Shown piece by piece: positions 55,535-64,000 of a stretch of 64,000 nt of DNA; within the stretch, counting starts at the first letter, position 1, and each line of letters opens with the position of its first letter. Position numbers and translations under genes: made by a program. The stretch is from IMG/VR virus record IMGVR_UViG_3300021400_000134, one strand, 5' to 3'. This stretch comes from a virus (taxonomy: Duplodnaviria > Caudoviricetes). The notes under the pieces were generated by a model, which had not been told where the DNA came from, ran no database searches, and saw nothing but the letters and a program-made list of their open reading frames with translations.

Positions 55535-55786
55535 TTACGCTTGACCTTCTCTTTTAAAAGTTAAACAACTATATAAATCATCTGCTGTCAATGACAAGAA
55601 ATCGTCAATTGATAATGAAGCATATTTATCATTGGCTACTAATGCCGCAACAGGATAATCATAATCATTTTCTTGAAATTCTACCAATACTGGCAAATCC
55701 CCATATAGTTCTTTATATTCGGTTAACTGTTCTATTACTTCAGAAAGTTTTAAAGATTTTTCTTTTAGAGCATCTGTATAATTCAT
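55535..55786 (-). CDS. Hypothetical protein
   Basis: TAATG-coupled ORF. Confidence 0.6.
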   Translation of the reverse strand: MNYTDALKEKSLKLSEVIEQLTEYKELYGDLPVLVEFQENDYDYPVAALVANDKYASLSIDDFLSLTADDLYSCLTFKREGQA

Positions 55787-56757
55787 TACTTAACAAGAGT
55801 GTCCTTAATTTCGCCAACAATTAAGTCAATGAATTCAGCCTGGTCTCTAGTTGTTTCAGAAACCTTCTTACCCTTACCAAGATACTTATCTACAATCTCA
55901 GTAATCTTAGGGCCATTACTTGGGTTCTTTCTCATTAAGTCTCCAGTAATTTTCTGGAATTCATTCATAAGTGCATCGTAATCGTAAGTTGGAGCAATTA
56001 CATCTGCAACTCGTTCCTCTGTAACAAACTTATTGTTGGTTTCAGCGGCTTCTCTATCAATCGCCTTATTAAGAGCATTAACCAAATCTTGATAACTAAA
56101 TGGAATTTCTGGTTCAATATATTTAAATCTACAACCAGTATCTACGCTGCCGTCAAGAGAACGAAGAATTAATTTTCTTTCTCCATTTACAATATCCGCA
56201 CATGCGAAGATATCAGCCATTCCCTTAACAATTTCATTAACACTTCTCTGTGCTGTTGGAACCATCTGATTATATTCAGTTCCATCTTTACGCTTGAAGG
56301 TTTTATCAGCAGAGTGCGAAATAAAGCAAACTGCATATCCAAGCTGAGTAATTGTTCGGAAAGAATCTTCAAACTCCTTCTTATATTTACTCCAACCATT
56401 GGTGCTCCAACCGCCATCGCCAATGTTTTCAATTCCTAACTGATTACAAATATACTTTTCGCAAAGCGCAGCCGCAATATCTACTGTATCAATGATTACA
56501 GATTTATAAACTGCCTGAACTTCTGGTTTCTTAAGTTCCCGAAGAACTTGTTTGAATTCACCCCAAGTTGTAATATCTTGTGCGATTACTCCAGGAAGAG
56601 CATTATAACCTCTTTCAAAAGCAAGAATTAGTGCTCCTGGAAACTGGCTTCCAAAGGTAGTTTTACCTACCTTTGGAACACCGTAGATATATGTAATATA
56701 TCCAGATAAATCACGCGATACTTTATGAGGTTCAAGATTTAATAGATTTATCGCCAT
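55786..56757 (-). CDS. Sak4-like/AAA_24 ATPase (recombination)
   Basis: YGVPKVGKTT, IIDT, ISH. Confidence 0.85.
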   Translation of the reverse strand: MAINLLNLEPHKVSRDLSGYITYIYGVPKVGKTTFGSQFPGALILAFERGYNALPGVIAQDITTWGEFKQVLRELKKPEVQAVYKSVIIDTVDIAAALCEKYICNQLGIENIGDGGWSTNGWSKYKKEFEDSFRTITQLGYAVCFISHSADKTFKRKDGTEYNQMVPTAQRSVNEIVKGMADIFACADIVNGERKLILRSLDGSVDTGCRFKYIEPEIPFSYQDLVNALNKAIDREAAETNNKFVTEERVADVIAPTYDYDALMNEFQKITGDLMRKNPSNGPKITEIVDKYLGKGKKVSETTRDQAEFIDLIVGEIKDTLVK

Positions 56758-56770
56758 GATTTACCTCCAA

Positions 56771-57748
56771 TTAGAAATTATAATCTTCGTTTTTAGGTGC
56801 GGCAGGAGTTGCCTTTGCGGCCTTGGCATTACCGATTGCGTTGCCCTGAGAAGCCTTATATTCATCTCTACGCTGTTTTAATTCAGCCAGAGTATTTTCA
56901 CGAGCCTGAGCCGCAGCCTTCAAATCTTCAAATGTAATTGTTTCTTCAAGTCCAAATTCATATGGTTCAGATGCTGCCCAAGTAACAACATAGTCTCTAT
57001 TGGAACTCTGAACTTCTCTTACAGAATCATCTCCAAACGCAGATTCTTCTCTAATATATCTTGTAATCTGTTCTGATACAATCTGACCTCTAACCTTTGT
57101 AAAGACAGGTGTCTTAGGTGAGGCATCAAGGCTAAGGAAGTAATCAATTGCTTTTGGATTGATTGCGGAGAACTCAACAGGCATCATATCTTTTCTGAAA
57201 TTGAAAATTCTACCATCAATGATTGCCTTTGCAGGAGTAATTACATTACCACTGTCATCCTCTACCGCATCCTTTTCTCTAACGCCAACAATTACAATAT
57301 CAGTTTCAAATGTGCTTCTCTGATTTTCATTTTCACTGATTGACTGCGCTACGTGGACAAATCCACCCTCATTTCTCTTAACAGAAACAAGTTCTTCTGC
57401 ACCACTTCTGTCTGAATAGAATTCATTCAAACCAATAGCAGAGTCAATTCTTAACTTTGCGGCATTATCACCAACTTCTGGGTCTGTATAGCAACCAATC
57501 TTACCATCAATAATGTTCTTCAATGTGGTAAAAGTTGCATTTTCTTTACCGCTTGCAGTTACTGCTGTTACATATGTAAAGTGAACTGGAACGATATTTG
57601 TCTTCTTGTCGTTTGTTGCTACATCAATTGTACCTGAAATAAATTCTGTTCCAGGCTTCTTTGAGTTTGGTCCAGATACCTTAAGTTCAAGATTGTGCTG
57701 ATACAAAATACCTTCAATTCTTGTTGAATTTATTAGTTTTGCTTTCAT
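56771..57748 (-). CDS. Probable ssDNA-binding protein
   Basis: Beta-rich, flexible tail ending NEDYNF, adjacent to Sak4-like gene. Confidence 0.6.
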   Translation of the reverse strand: MKAKLINSTRIEGILYQHNLELKVSGPNSKKPGTEFISGTIDVATNDKKTNIVPVHFTYVTAVTASGKENATFTTLKNIIDGKIGCYTDPEVGDNAAKLRIDSAIGLNEFYSDRSGAEELVSVKRNEGGFVHVAQSISENENQRSTFETDIVIVGVREKDAVEDDSGNVITPAKAIIDGRIFNFRKDMMPVEFSAINPKAIDYFLSLDASPKTPVFTKVRGQIVSEQITRYIREESAFGDDSVREVQSSNRDYVVTWAASEPYEFGLEETITFEDLKAAAQARENTLAELKQRRDEYKASQGNAIGNAKAAKATPAAPKNEDYNF

Positions 57749-57762
57749 CTTTCTTTTTCTCC

Positions 57763-58113
57763 TTAATCAATTTTATAATTCTTACCTTTTTCGCTTAATG
57801 TATATATAACAGGGTCTTTACCAATTTTTTCAGCAAATCCATCATTTACAAGTTTTCTTAAAGTGCCCGATACGGCTCTTGAAGAAATACCGAGACCTTC
57901 AGCAATATCTTTGGATTTTGCCATTTTAACATTGTTATCTTGCATATACTTTAAAACGACTTTTCCATTATCTGTAATTTCTGGCTTAGAAGTATCTTCA
58001 CCAGTTCTTAAGATTTCAAGGTATGCTTTTACATCTTCTGTCATAATACTTTTTGCATAATCTTCATTATGTGAAATTAAATTATCAATAAAACTTAAAA
58101 ACTCATCCTTCAT
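57763..58113 (-). CDS. Winged-helix DNA-binding protein
   Basis: SKDIAEGLGISSRAVSGTLRKLVNDGF. Confidence 0.8.
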   Translation of the reverse strand: MKDEFLSFIDNLISHNEDYAKSIMTEDVKAYLEILRTGEDTSKPEITDNGKVVLKYMQDNNVKMAKSKDIAEGLGISSRAVSGTLRKLVNDGFAEKIGKDPVIYTLSEKGKNYKID

Positions 58114-58163
58114 TTATTTAATTACCTTTCAATCATTGTAATTATATTATATCAAATTTTTTA

Positions 58164-58976
58164 TTAAAAGGCAACTTCATGGTCGAAAATGAGTTGTTCG
58201 GCATATGGTAAAGTATGCGCCCACTCAATAAATGCATTCCATTCAACCAGTTTATGCCCTGCACGTTGATGGCAAATAGTACGAATAACCTCGTAATTTA
58301 GAGTGACTGTTCTAGTTTGAAGCCATCCATTAGGCAACCACCGCACAAGTTCTTTCCAATAACGCTTATCTTTTGTTTGGTTATACAACTGACGCAACTG
58401 TTCTAAATCACTTAAAAAACTATCAACTCTTACACTAATAATTTCTGGATCAATAAGTTGAAGATTATCTTCATAATCATCAGTTTCAAAGCAATCAAGA
58501 GTAATTGGTGTTGATGCTAATTTATGCATAGTTGATGTACTATTGGCAGCAGTGCCAACTTTATAGGTATCAAATTCTTTATACCAATATAGAGGTGCAG
58601 TAATGTCTACACATACCTGGATTTGGCGTAAAAATTTGCGGTGTTCCGGCCCAGCTTTGCAAAGCCGCATAGCTAAACTCATATCATTTGGACCAATAAA
58701 CGCATATTCATAAATGCCATCTCCATCAGTTTGTAATATTCCATTATCTCTTAACCATGCGGAATAGATATCTTCAAGGTCAGTAAACTCAGGACTATCA
58801 ATATCTAATCCTGGGTATCTGGATTCAACCCAATTAAATGCAATATCATATTCTTCTAAGTCGTCACAATTGGCTATACCAAATAAACTATCTGCTTTTT
58901 TCCAGCTTGCTAACGGGTTCCGCATACCTCTAAAAGCACCGCTAAAATTGCTTACATTAGTATTTTCAAATTTCAT
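58164..58976 (-). CDS. ThyX-like fold protein
   Basis: HRKFLRQ, DITAP, STSTMH, LP...RTVTLNY...QRAGHKLVEW. Confidence 0.55.
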   Translation of the reverse strand: MKFENTNVSNFSGAFRGMRNPLASWKKADSLFGIANCDDLEEYDIAFNWVESRYPGLDIDSPEFTDLEDIYSAWLRDNGILQTDGDGIYEYAFIGPNDMSLAMRLCKAGPEHRKFLRQIQVCVDITAPLYWYKEFDTYKVGTAANSTSTMHKLASTPITLDCFETDDYEDNLQLIDPEIISVRVDSFLSDLEQLRQLYNQTKDKRYWKELVRWLPNGWLQTRTVTLNYEVIRTICHQRAGHKLVEWNAFIEWAHTLPYAEQLIFDHEVAF

Positions 58977-59167
58977 TATGAGTCTCTCCTAAATTCCAAT
59001 AGGCCAAGGGTTAATAGTTGCTTTAACTGCTCCCCATGGATATTAGTTTTATCACAGAAATATCCGAGGATTTCAGTATCTTCATGAGAAATCTTATGAA
59101 GATCGCAACTATTAAGTCCTTCATTAGGGTCTGGAATAAAATCGTCCCAGTTAAACATTCCCACCAA
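58976..59167 (-). CDS. Hypothetical protein
   Basis: Coupled small ORF. Confidence 0.55.
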   Translation of the reverse strand: MVGMFNWDDFIPDPNEGLNSCDLHKISHEDTEILGYFCDKTNIHGEQLKQLLTLGLLEFRRDS

Positions 59168-59417
59168 AACCCTTACAATGACAACCTATTATGTCTAAAA
59201 ATTCATCAATATCATCAATGTAAGCATTTTCTTTATTATATTCTGCGGTTTGTAAGAAATCTAAATAAGAAATAATATTAATATCATACCCGTAAGCACG
59301 AGCCTTTACTAACATTGCTTCTGGATTTCTACAAACTAATGTGGCGCTTTCTTGCTGGCATAAAGCCATTAATTTTTTTGTTTTTCCGGAACCCGGTTCT
59401 CCAATAATTTTTACCAT
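59151..59417 (-). CDS. Small P-loop protein
   Basis: GEPGSGKT and YIDD in 88 aa. Confidence 0.7.
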   Translation of the reverse strand: MVKIIGEPGSGKTKKLMALCQQESATLVCRNPEAMLVKARAYGYDINIISYLDFLQTAEYNKENAYIDDIDEFLDIIGCHCKGFGGNV

Positions 59418-60409
59418 TAATTTCTATTCCCCTGGAGTGTATTATAACCCCAATCTGTACTGCTATAAAAATCAATTCAATATCTTTCACGTTCGTTTAA
59501 TGCTTCTCTCTCGCATTCTTCCAGTATTTCATACATAAATGCTTCTGGACCAGAAGTCTTCATTTCTGTATAAAATCTATTATTTGAGGAAGCAATACCG
59601 AGACCTGCTTTTATATGATCTCTTAAACGGTTTCGTAAATCTACTGATTGGCCTATATAGCACTGCCCTGAATTTATATTTGTAATTTTATAAATGCCAC
59701 AATGAGTTTGTCCAGTAGGAGTTAATCTACCTAATAAATCCATTGTAGGTCTCTTGTAGTAAAGTTCCCAAATAATTTTATTTATTGGTTCAGGGTCTTT
59801 ATTTAATTTCTTTGCTACATCTTTTAACATTGAAATATCTTCAATATCTTCTTCTGAAACCTTTATTTTATAGTAATCTTTTGACTGTTCATCAAGCATA
59901 CGTCTTTTATCTGCGGCGATTGCGGAATCTGCTTTTTCTTTTAGAATTGCAAGTTCGTTGGTGACAGTTTCTAATTCCAACTTTTTTTCGTTAATCGTAT
60001 CAGTAAAATACTTGGTGCTTTCTTCAAGAGTTTTTAGATATTCATCCTTATGTTCTTTCTCTGCTTTTTGATAGTGATACATTGCTATTTCCGCAGATTG
60101 AGACATTTTCTCTTGCATTAAATCATAAGATTTCTTGTAGATTTCTTCTGTTGCGGCTGTTGCCTGTTTGCTTATTGTGTCAATATCAGCATATAATGAG
60201 CTCTTGTGGCGCTCTAATGCGGCGGTTTCAGTTTCCGCAGAAGCAACTTCCGCATTTAGTTTGGCTATTTCATCTTGTAAACTTGAATTTTCAATTTTTA
60301 ATCTATTGTTCTTTTGGACTATTTCTTCATCAACTTTATGTTTTGGATATAAATAAATGATAATTCCAATTAATAGTCCAATTATAGCCGCACAAACTCA
60401 AATCATCAT
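59417..60409 (-). CDS. Membrane anchor + coiled coil + C-terminal GIY-YIG nuclease (330 aa, 2 TGA=Trp)
   Basis: RBS AAGGAG; MMI-W-VCAAIIGLLIGIIIY; CGIYKITN...YIGQS...ERERY-W-IDFY...WGYN; TAATG coupling at 59417. Confidence 0.8.
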
Positions 60410-60480
60410 TTTCTCCTTAAAAAAGAAGGGGTAGATATTAGTTATTACCTACCCCAGTATACTTACTGAATTAACCCAAA

Positions 60481-60747
60481 TTACTCAGCATCTGCATCTG
60501 GGTCAAATGCCATACCTTCATCGGTAAGACTTAGAAGCTTAATAGCCTTGTGAGAACCATCATCAAGTTCTACTTCAGCAGGAGTACGAACTCCAAGACC
60601 CTTACGCTGAATAGCGGATGTGAAGATACCATCTACACTTCTCTTTTCGAGACCAAGTGCAGCAGCAACGTCAGCAGCTGTTAAATCTTCACCATTGTGT
60701 TCCTTAAGATAAACTAATACTTTCTTTGAATTTTCCTTCATTGCCAT
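60481..60747 (-). CDS. Winged-helix DNA-binding protein
   Basis: LTAADVAAALGLEKRSV. Confidence 0.75.
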   Translation of the reverse strand: MAMKENSKKVLVYLKEHNGEDLTAADVAAALGLEKRSVDGIFTSAIQRKGLGVRTPAEVELDDGSHKAIKLLSLTDEGMAFDPDADAE

Positions 60748-60784
60748 AATATTTTTTCTCCTTATTTTTTATTTTTATGTAAAA

Positions 60785-60813
60785 ATTATATCACAAATTT
60801 TTATTTAAGTCAA
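60785..60813 (-). promoter_or_regulatory. SigmaA-type extended -10 promoter
   Basis: TTGACT-17nt-TATAAT with TG. Confidence 0.75.
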
Positions 60814-61008
60814 TTATCTTTTCAAAATTTTTTGAACCATATCATCTATTTCTACCATATCTTCCAATCCTAAATTATACTTGACGGTTAGATGCATGAT
60901 TTCATCTTTGGCTGATTCTACAGCTTGCCTATCACTATTGTTCCGAATAATCTGCTCTGCTACTGCGATTTTTTGAGCGATTTTCTTTCTTAATGACTTA
61001 CTTGCCAT
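60814..61008 (-). CDS. Hypothetical protein
   Basis: AAGGA RBS, intact ORF. Confidence 0.65.
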   Translation of the reverse strand: MASKSLRKKIAQKIAVAEQIIRNNSDRQAVESAKDEIMHLTVKYNLGLEDMVEIDDMVQKILKR

Positions 61009-61051
61009 ATTCGTTCCTTAATTTTTACAATGATATTATACATAAAATTTT

Positions 61052-63007
61052 TTATTCTTGCAAGAATTTTTCAATAAATTCCTGTTCGGTAATAATCGGC
61101 ACGCCCAGCTTTTTCGCAGTAAGGTTTTTAGATGAGGTGCTTGTGTTGTCGTTGTTGATTAAATAGTTTGTTTTTGCGGAAACGGCACTTGAAACTCTAC
61201 CGCCTCTAGATTCAATTTCAGATTGAAGTGCTGCTCTGTTTTTATACTGCTTTAATGAACCGGTAATTACAACTACAATATCTTTTAAATTATCTAAATT
61301 GTCTTCTTCTTTTGTGGACGTAGGCCACTTTTCTAATGCCGCACCAGCCAAGATAGCTTCACCATAATCAAAGTTTAGGATTGAGCCTACTCGTTCTGGG
61401 CCAAAACCATCAATGGTATAAAAGTCAAAGCCAGACCCCTCTTCAGTTGCATGTATAAAAGATGGAAAATCTTTGAAATGTTTAGCCAATTCTTTTGCCT
61501 GACTCAAACCAATTAATGGTATTCCAATAGCAGAAATATATCTTTCTAATGGAATATCTGAAGTTCTGATATTTTCAATCGCTTCAAGAATATTGTCTAC
61601 AGATTTAATCCCAAAACCAGATTTTGAAACCCACTCATCTCTATGATATTTTAACTCAAAAATATCGTGGAATTCTTTTACCCAATCCCAATCAATTAAT
61701 TTCCCAAGAGTTGCTTTAGAGAGACCTTTAATATCTAAGCCTTTCTTGCCACAAAAATGGTCTAAATGATTGACTAATTTGCCTTCACAGTTTGGATTAG
61801 AACAAACTAAATTTTCAACGCCATCACTGGATGTAATGATTGCGGTCGGTGCTCCACAGATAGGACAAATCTCGGGTATTTCGATCGGTTCATCGAGATC
61901 CGCAGGTTCAGCACTTAATATCTGTGGTATTATCATATTTGCTTTATAGACCTTAACTTTTAAGCCTTGTTTTAATACCTTTAAAGTGCTTTTCATTACA
62001 CTTAAATTATGAAGTGATGCACGTTCAATAACAGAACCATCTAATTCAATAGGTTCAAATACTGCTACTGGTGTTAAAATACCGGTTCTTCCCATAGTCC
62101 AATCTATATATTTTAATGTAGATTCAACCACTTCTATTTCTGGTTTCCAAGCAATTCCATTTTTGAAATGATGAGAAGTTTGCCCCAAAGAGTTTCCATA
62201 TTCAGTATCATTAAATTTCCAAACAACACCATCACAAGGATATTCGTCTTTGAAAGATATAATTATATTATTCGTTGATTTAATTTCATCCATTGGTATA
62301 TCTGTAATAAAATAAACTATTTCAAATCCGTAGGATTGAATTTCAGCTAACTTTTCACTTAATAGTTTATAATTACTACCAACAATAACATCCCAAGCAA
62401 TAAAAGATAATTTTCTATCTTTTACTAATTGAGTATCTAATACATTAAGAGCACCTGCTGCTGCGTTTCTTGGATTTTTGAACTCATTATTTTTATTTAT
62501 TTCTTCAAAATCTGGTATTTTAATTATAGCTTCACCATCAACAATAAGCTCTTTTTGATATGGAATTTCCATTGGAACATTCTGAAATTGTTTAATATGC
62601 TCAGTAATGTCAGTACCTTCAACTCCATTACCGCGGGTGTTTGCGGAAATCAATTTACCATTATTATATTTGATGCGTACTGATAAACCATCTAGTTTTA
62701 ACATCGCTATCATTTTGTGATTATTCGCAAAATCCGCAACCTCCTCGTCGGAGTGGCACTTGTCTAGACTAAGCATTGGTTTCGGTGTAATAGGAACTCT
62801 TTTTAAAGAGGATAAAACCGGTGCTCCAATTTTTTGTGTCGGACTAATGGAAAGGATAAAATCATTTTCTTTTTCAAAATTGGAAATCTGCTGAAACCAG
62901 TAGTCATATTCTTGATCCGACATAATTGGATTTTCTGAATTATAATATGCATCGGAGGCTTCATTTAATCTATGAACGAGTTGAGAGTATTCTTCTTTTA
63001 ATAACAT
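61052..63007 (-). CDS. ligA: NAD-dependent DNA ligase
   Basis: KLDG, TRGNG, NPRNAAAG, DGVV, GRTG, Zn finger, BRCT. Confidence 0.96.
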   Translation of the reverse strand: MLLKEEYSQLVHRLNEASDAYYNSENPIMSDQEYDYWFQQISNFEKENDFILSISPTQKIGAPVLSSLKRVPITPKPMLSLDKCHSDEEVADFANNHKMIAMLKLDGLSVRIKYNNGKLISANTRGNGVEGTDITEHIKQFQNVPMEIPYQKELIVDGEAIIKIPDFEEINKNNEFKNPRNAAAGALNVLDTQLVKDRKLSFIAWDVIVGSNYKLLSEKLAEIQSYGFEIVYFITDIPMDEIKSTNNIIISFKDEYPCDGVVWKFNDTEYGNSLGQTSHHFKNGIAWKPEIEVVESTLKYIDWTMGRTGILTPVAVFEPIELDGSVIERASLHNLSVMKSTLKVLKQGLKVKVYKANMIIPQILSAEPADLDEPIEIPEICPICGAPTAIITSSDGVENLVCSNPNCEGKLVNHLDHFCGKKGLDIKGLSKATLGKLIDWDWVKEFHDIFELKYHRDEWVSKSGFGIKSVDNILEAIENIRTSDIPLERYISAIGIPLIGLSQAKELAKHFKDFPSFIHATEEGSGFDFYTIDGFGPERVGSILNFDYGEAILAGAALEKWPTSTKEEDNLDNLKDIVVVITGSLKQYKNRAALQSEIESRGGRVSSAVSAKTNYLINNDNTSTSSKNLTAKKLGVPIITEQEFIEKFLQE

Positions 63008-63071
63008 ACGAGTCCTTTCTTACACATTTATATTATATCATAATTTTTATAAAAAGAAAAGGTATAATTTC

Positions 63072-63998
63072 TTATACCTTTGAAACAGATTGTAATCTAT
63101 CTTTTAATACTATATTGCCAGCTGCGGTTCTGCCTAAAATTGGGATTTCTTTTGCGGAAATACAAATGGATTTAGAAACCCCAATAGCCAAGACTGAATC
63201 TTCGTCACTTAGTAATGCCGCAGATGCTACATCATCAGATGACTTGTAGCAAGTAATTCCCTTACCACCTCGCTTCTGGAGGACTAAATCACTTGCCGCA
63301 ATTCTCTTACCAAAACCGCCAGTAGAGAAAATACCGAGCGAGTCATTACTATCTCTTACTACAAGGGTAGAAACAACTTCATCTCCATCATTTAAGTTAA
63401 TACCCTTAACGCCAGAAGTTGCTCTTGATGTTGGCGAAATCTCGGTTGAATTAAATTTAATGCACATACCCTTTTTGGTAATTAAGATAATGGGTTCGTC
63501 TTTAACAAGTGATACATTAGCAAGATTATCGCCTTCTCTTAATGTAATTGCGCCAATACCAGTTTTCTTCCTTGTCTTAGTATATTCTTCAAGAGAGGTT
63601 TTCTTTACTAATCCATTTTTGGTTGTAAATAACACATATTTAGCATCAGTATCTCTATAAATTGAATAGATTACTGTTGGATTTTCATTTGGCTGCATCT
63701 GAATTAAATTCTTAATAGATACACCCTTTGTGGCGTTGGTGCCTTCTGGAATTGAATCAACGATTAAGCGATACATATTACCCTTGTCAGAGAATATCAT
63801 TAGTGAATCAATTGTGTTCGTTCGAATTACCGCATTCACAATATCATCTGCGGTTTTAACCCCCTTGCCACCTCTACGCTGGGTGCGGAATGAGGAAGTT
63901 GGTATTCTCTTAATTAAACCTGAATCTGTCATTACAACAACCACTTTTTCAGGTTCAACATATTGGATTTCTTTATCTTCTTTTTTAACTTCAATTTG
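63072..63998 (-). CDS. gyrA: Type II topoisomerase subunit A, C-terminal beta-pinwheel (partial, runs off window)
   Basis: GyrA-box QRRGGKG and repeated blades. Confidence 0.9.
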   Translation of the reverse strand, partial: QIEVKKEDKEIQYVEPEKVVVVMTDSGLIKRIPTSSFRTQRRGGKGVKTADDIVNAVIRTNTIDSLMIFSDKGNMYRLIVDSIPEGTNATKGVSIKNLIQMQPNENPTVIYSIYRDTDAKYVLFTTKNGLVKKTSLEEYTKTRKKTGIGAITLREGDNLANVSLVKDEPIILITKKGMCIKFNSTEISPTSRATSGVKGINLNDGDEVVSTLVVRDSNDSLGIFSTGGFGKRIAASDLVLQKRGGKGITCYKSSDDVASAALLSDEDSVLAIGVSKSICISAKEIPILGRTAAGNIVLKDRLQSVSKV

Positions 63999-64000
63999 AG

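Noticed and set aside
181-63999. Short antisense or alternate-frame ORFs in the track (e.g. 181..375, 3374..3580, 22501..22740, 40420..40758, 63730..63999)
   Set aside because: They overlap well-supported genes, lack RBSs and look like shadow ORFs
1-64000. Mycoplasma-type (natively code 4) host
   Set aside because: Peptidoglycan-degrading endolysin present, and TGA is avoided in core replication genes; not formally excluded without host data
1-64000. Phage-encoded release factor or Trp-tRNA synthetase supporting recoding
   Set aside because: No such protein recognisable in this window; it may lie elsewhere in the genome

Overview
An AT-rich 64 kb segment of a large tailed phage genome. The GH25/CHAP/Cpl-7 endolysin, strong AGGAGG ribosome-binding sites and TTGACA-17-TATAAT promoters point to a Bacillota host. 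The + strand (1-36.8 kb) carries virion tail/fibre, accessory and lysis genes. The - strand (36.9-64 kb) carries replication and nucleotide-metabolism genes (DnaE, primase, DnaB, RecJ, RecD-like helicase, LigA, GyrA-type topoisomerase, NrdDG, dUTPase). The fragmented ORF track is an artefact of stop-codon reassignment. TGA encodes Trp (code 4) in most structural and lysis genes and in a few - strand genes, while core replication genes use TGA neither as sense nor as stop. The key element is an opal-decoding tRNA-Trp(UCA) gene at 35729-36006. Its anticodon is split after U34 by a 206-nt ORF-less group I intron, so the TGA-reading tRNA should exist only after self-splicing. This is a candidate ribozyme-gated genetic-code switch controlling morphogenesis, a homing endonuclease and lysis. 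Also seen: a 44-bp non-sigmaA promoter-like motif (7 copies), a free-standing structured small RNA candidate, a homing endonuclease that took over a tail gene's start, a domain-shuffled duplicated tail cassette, a ~2640-aa virion protein with a CotH-kinase-like domain, and strong CCGCA/TGCGG enrichment. All product calls come from motif recognition by eye; no searches were run.
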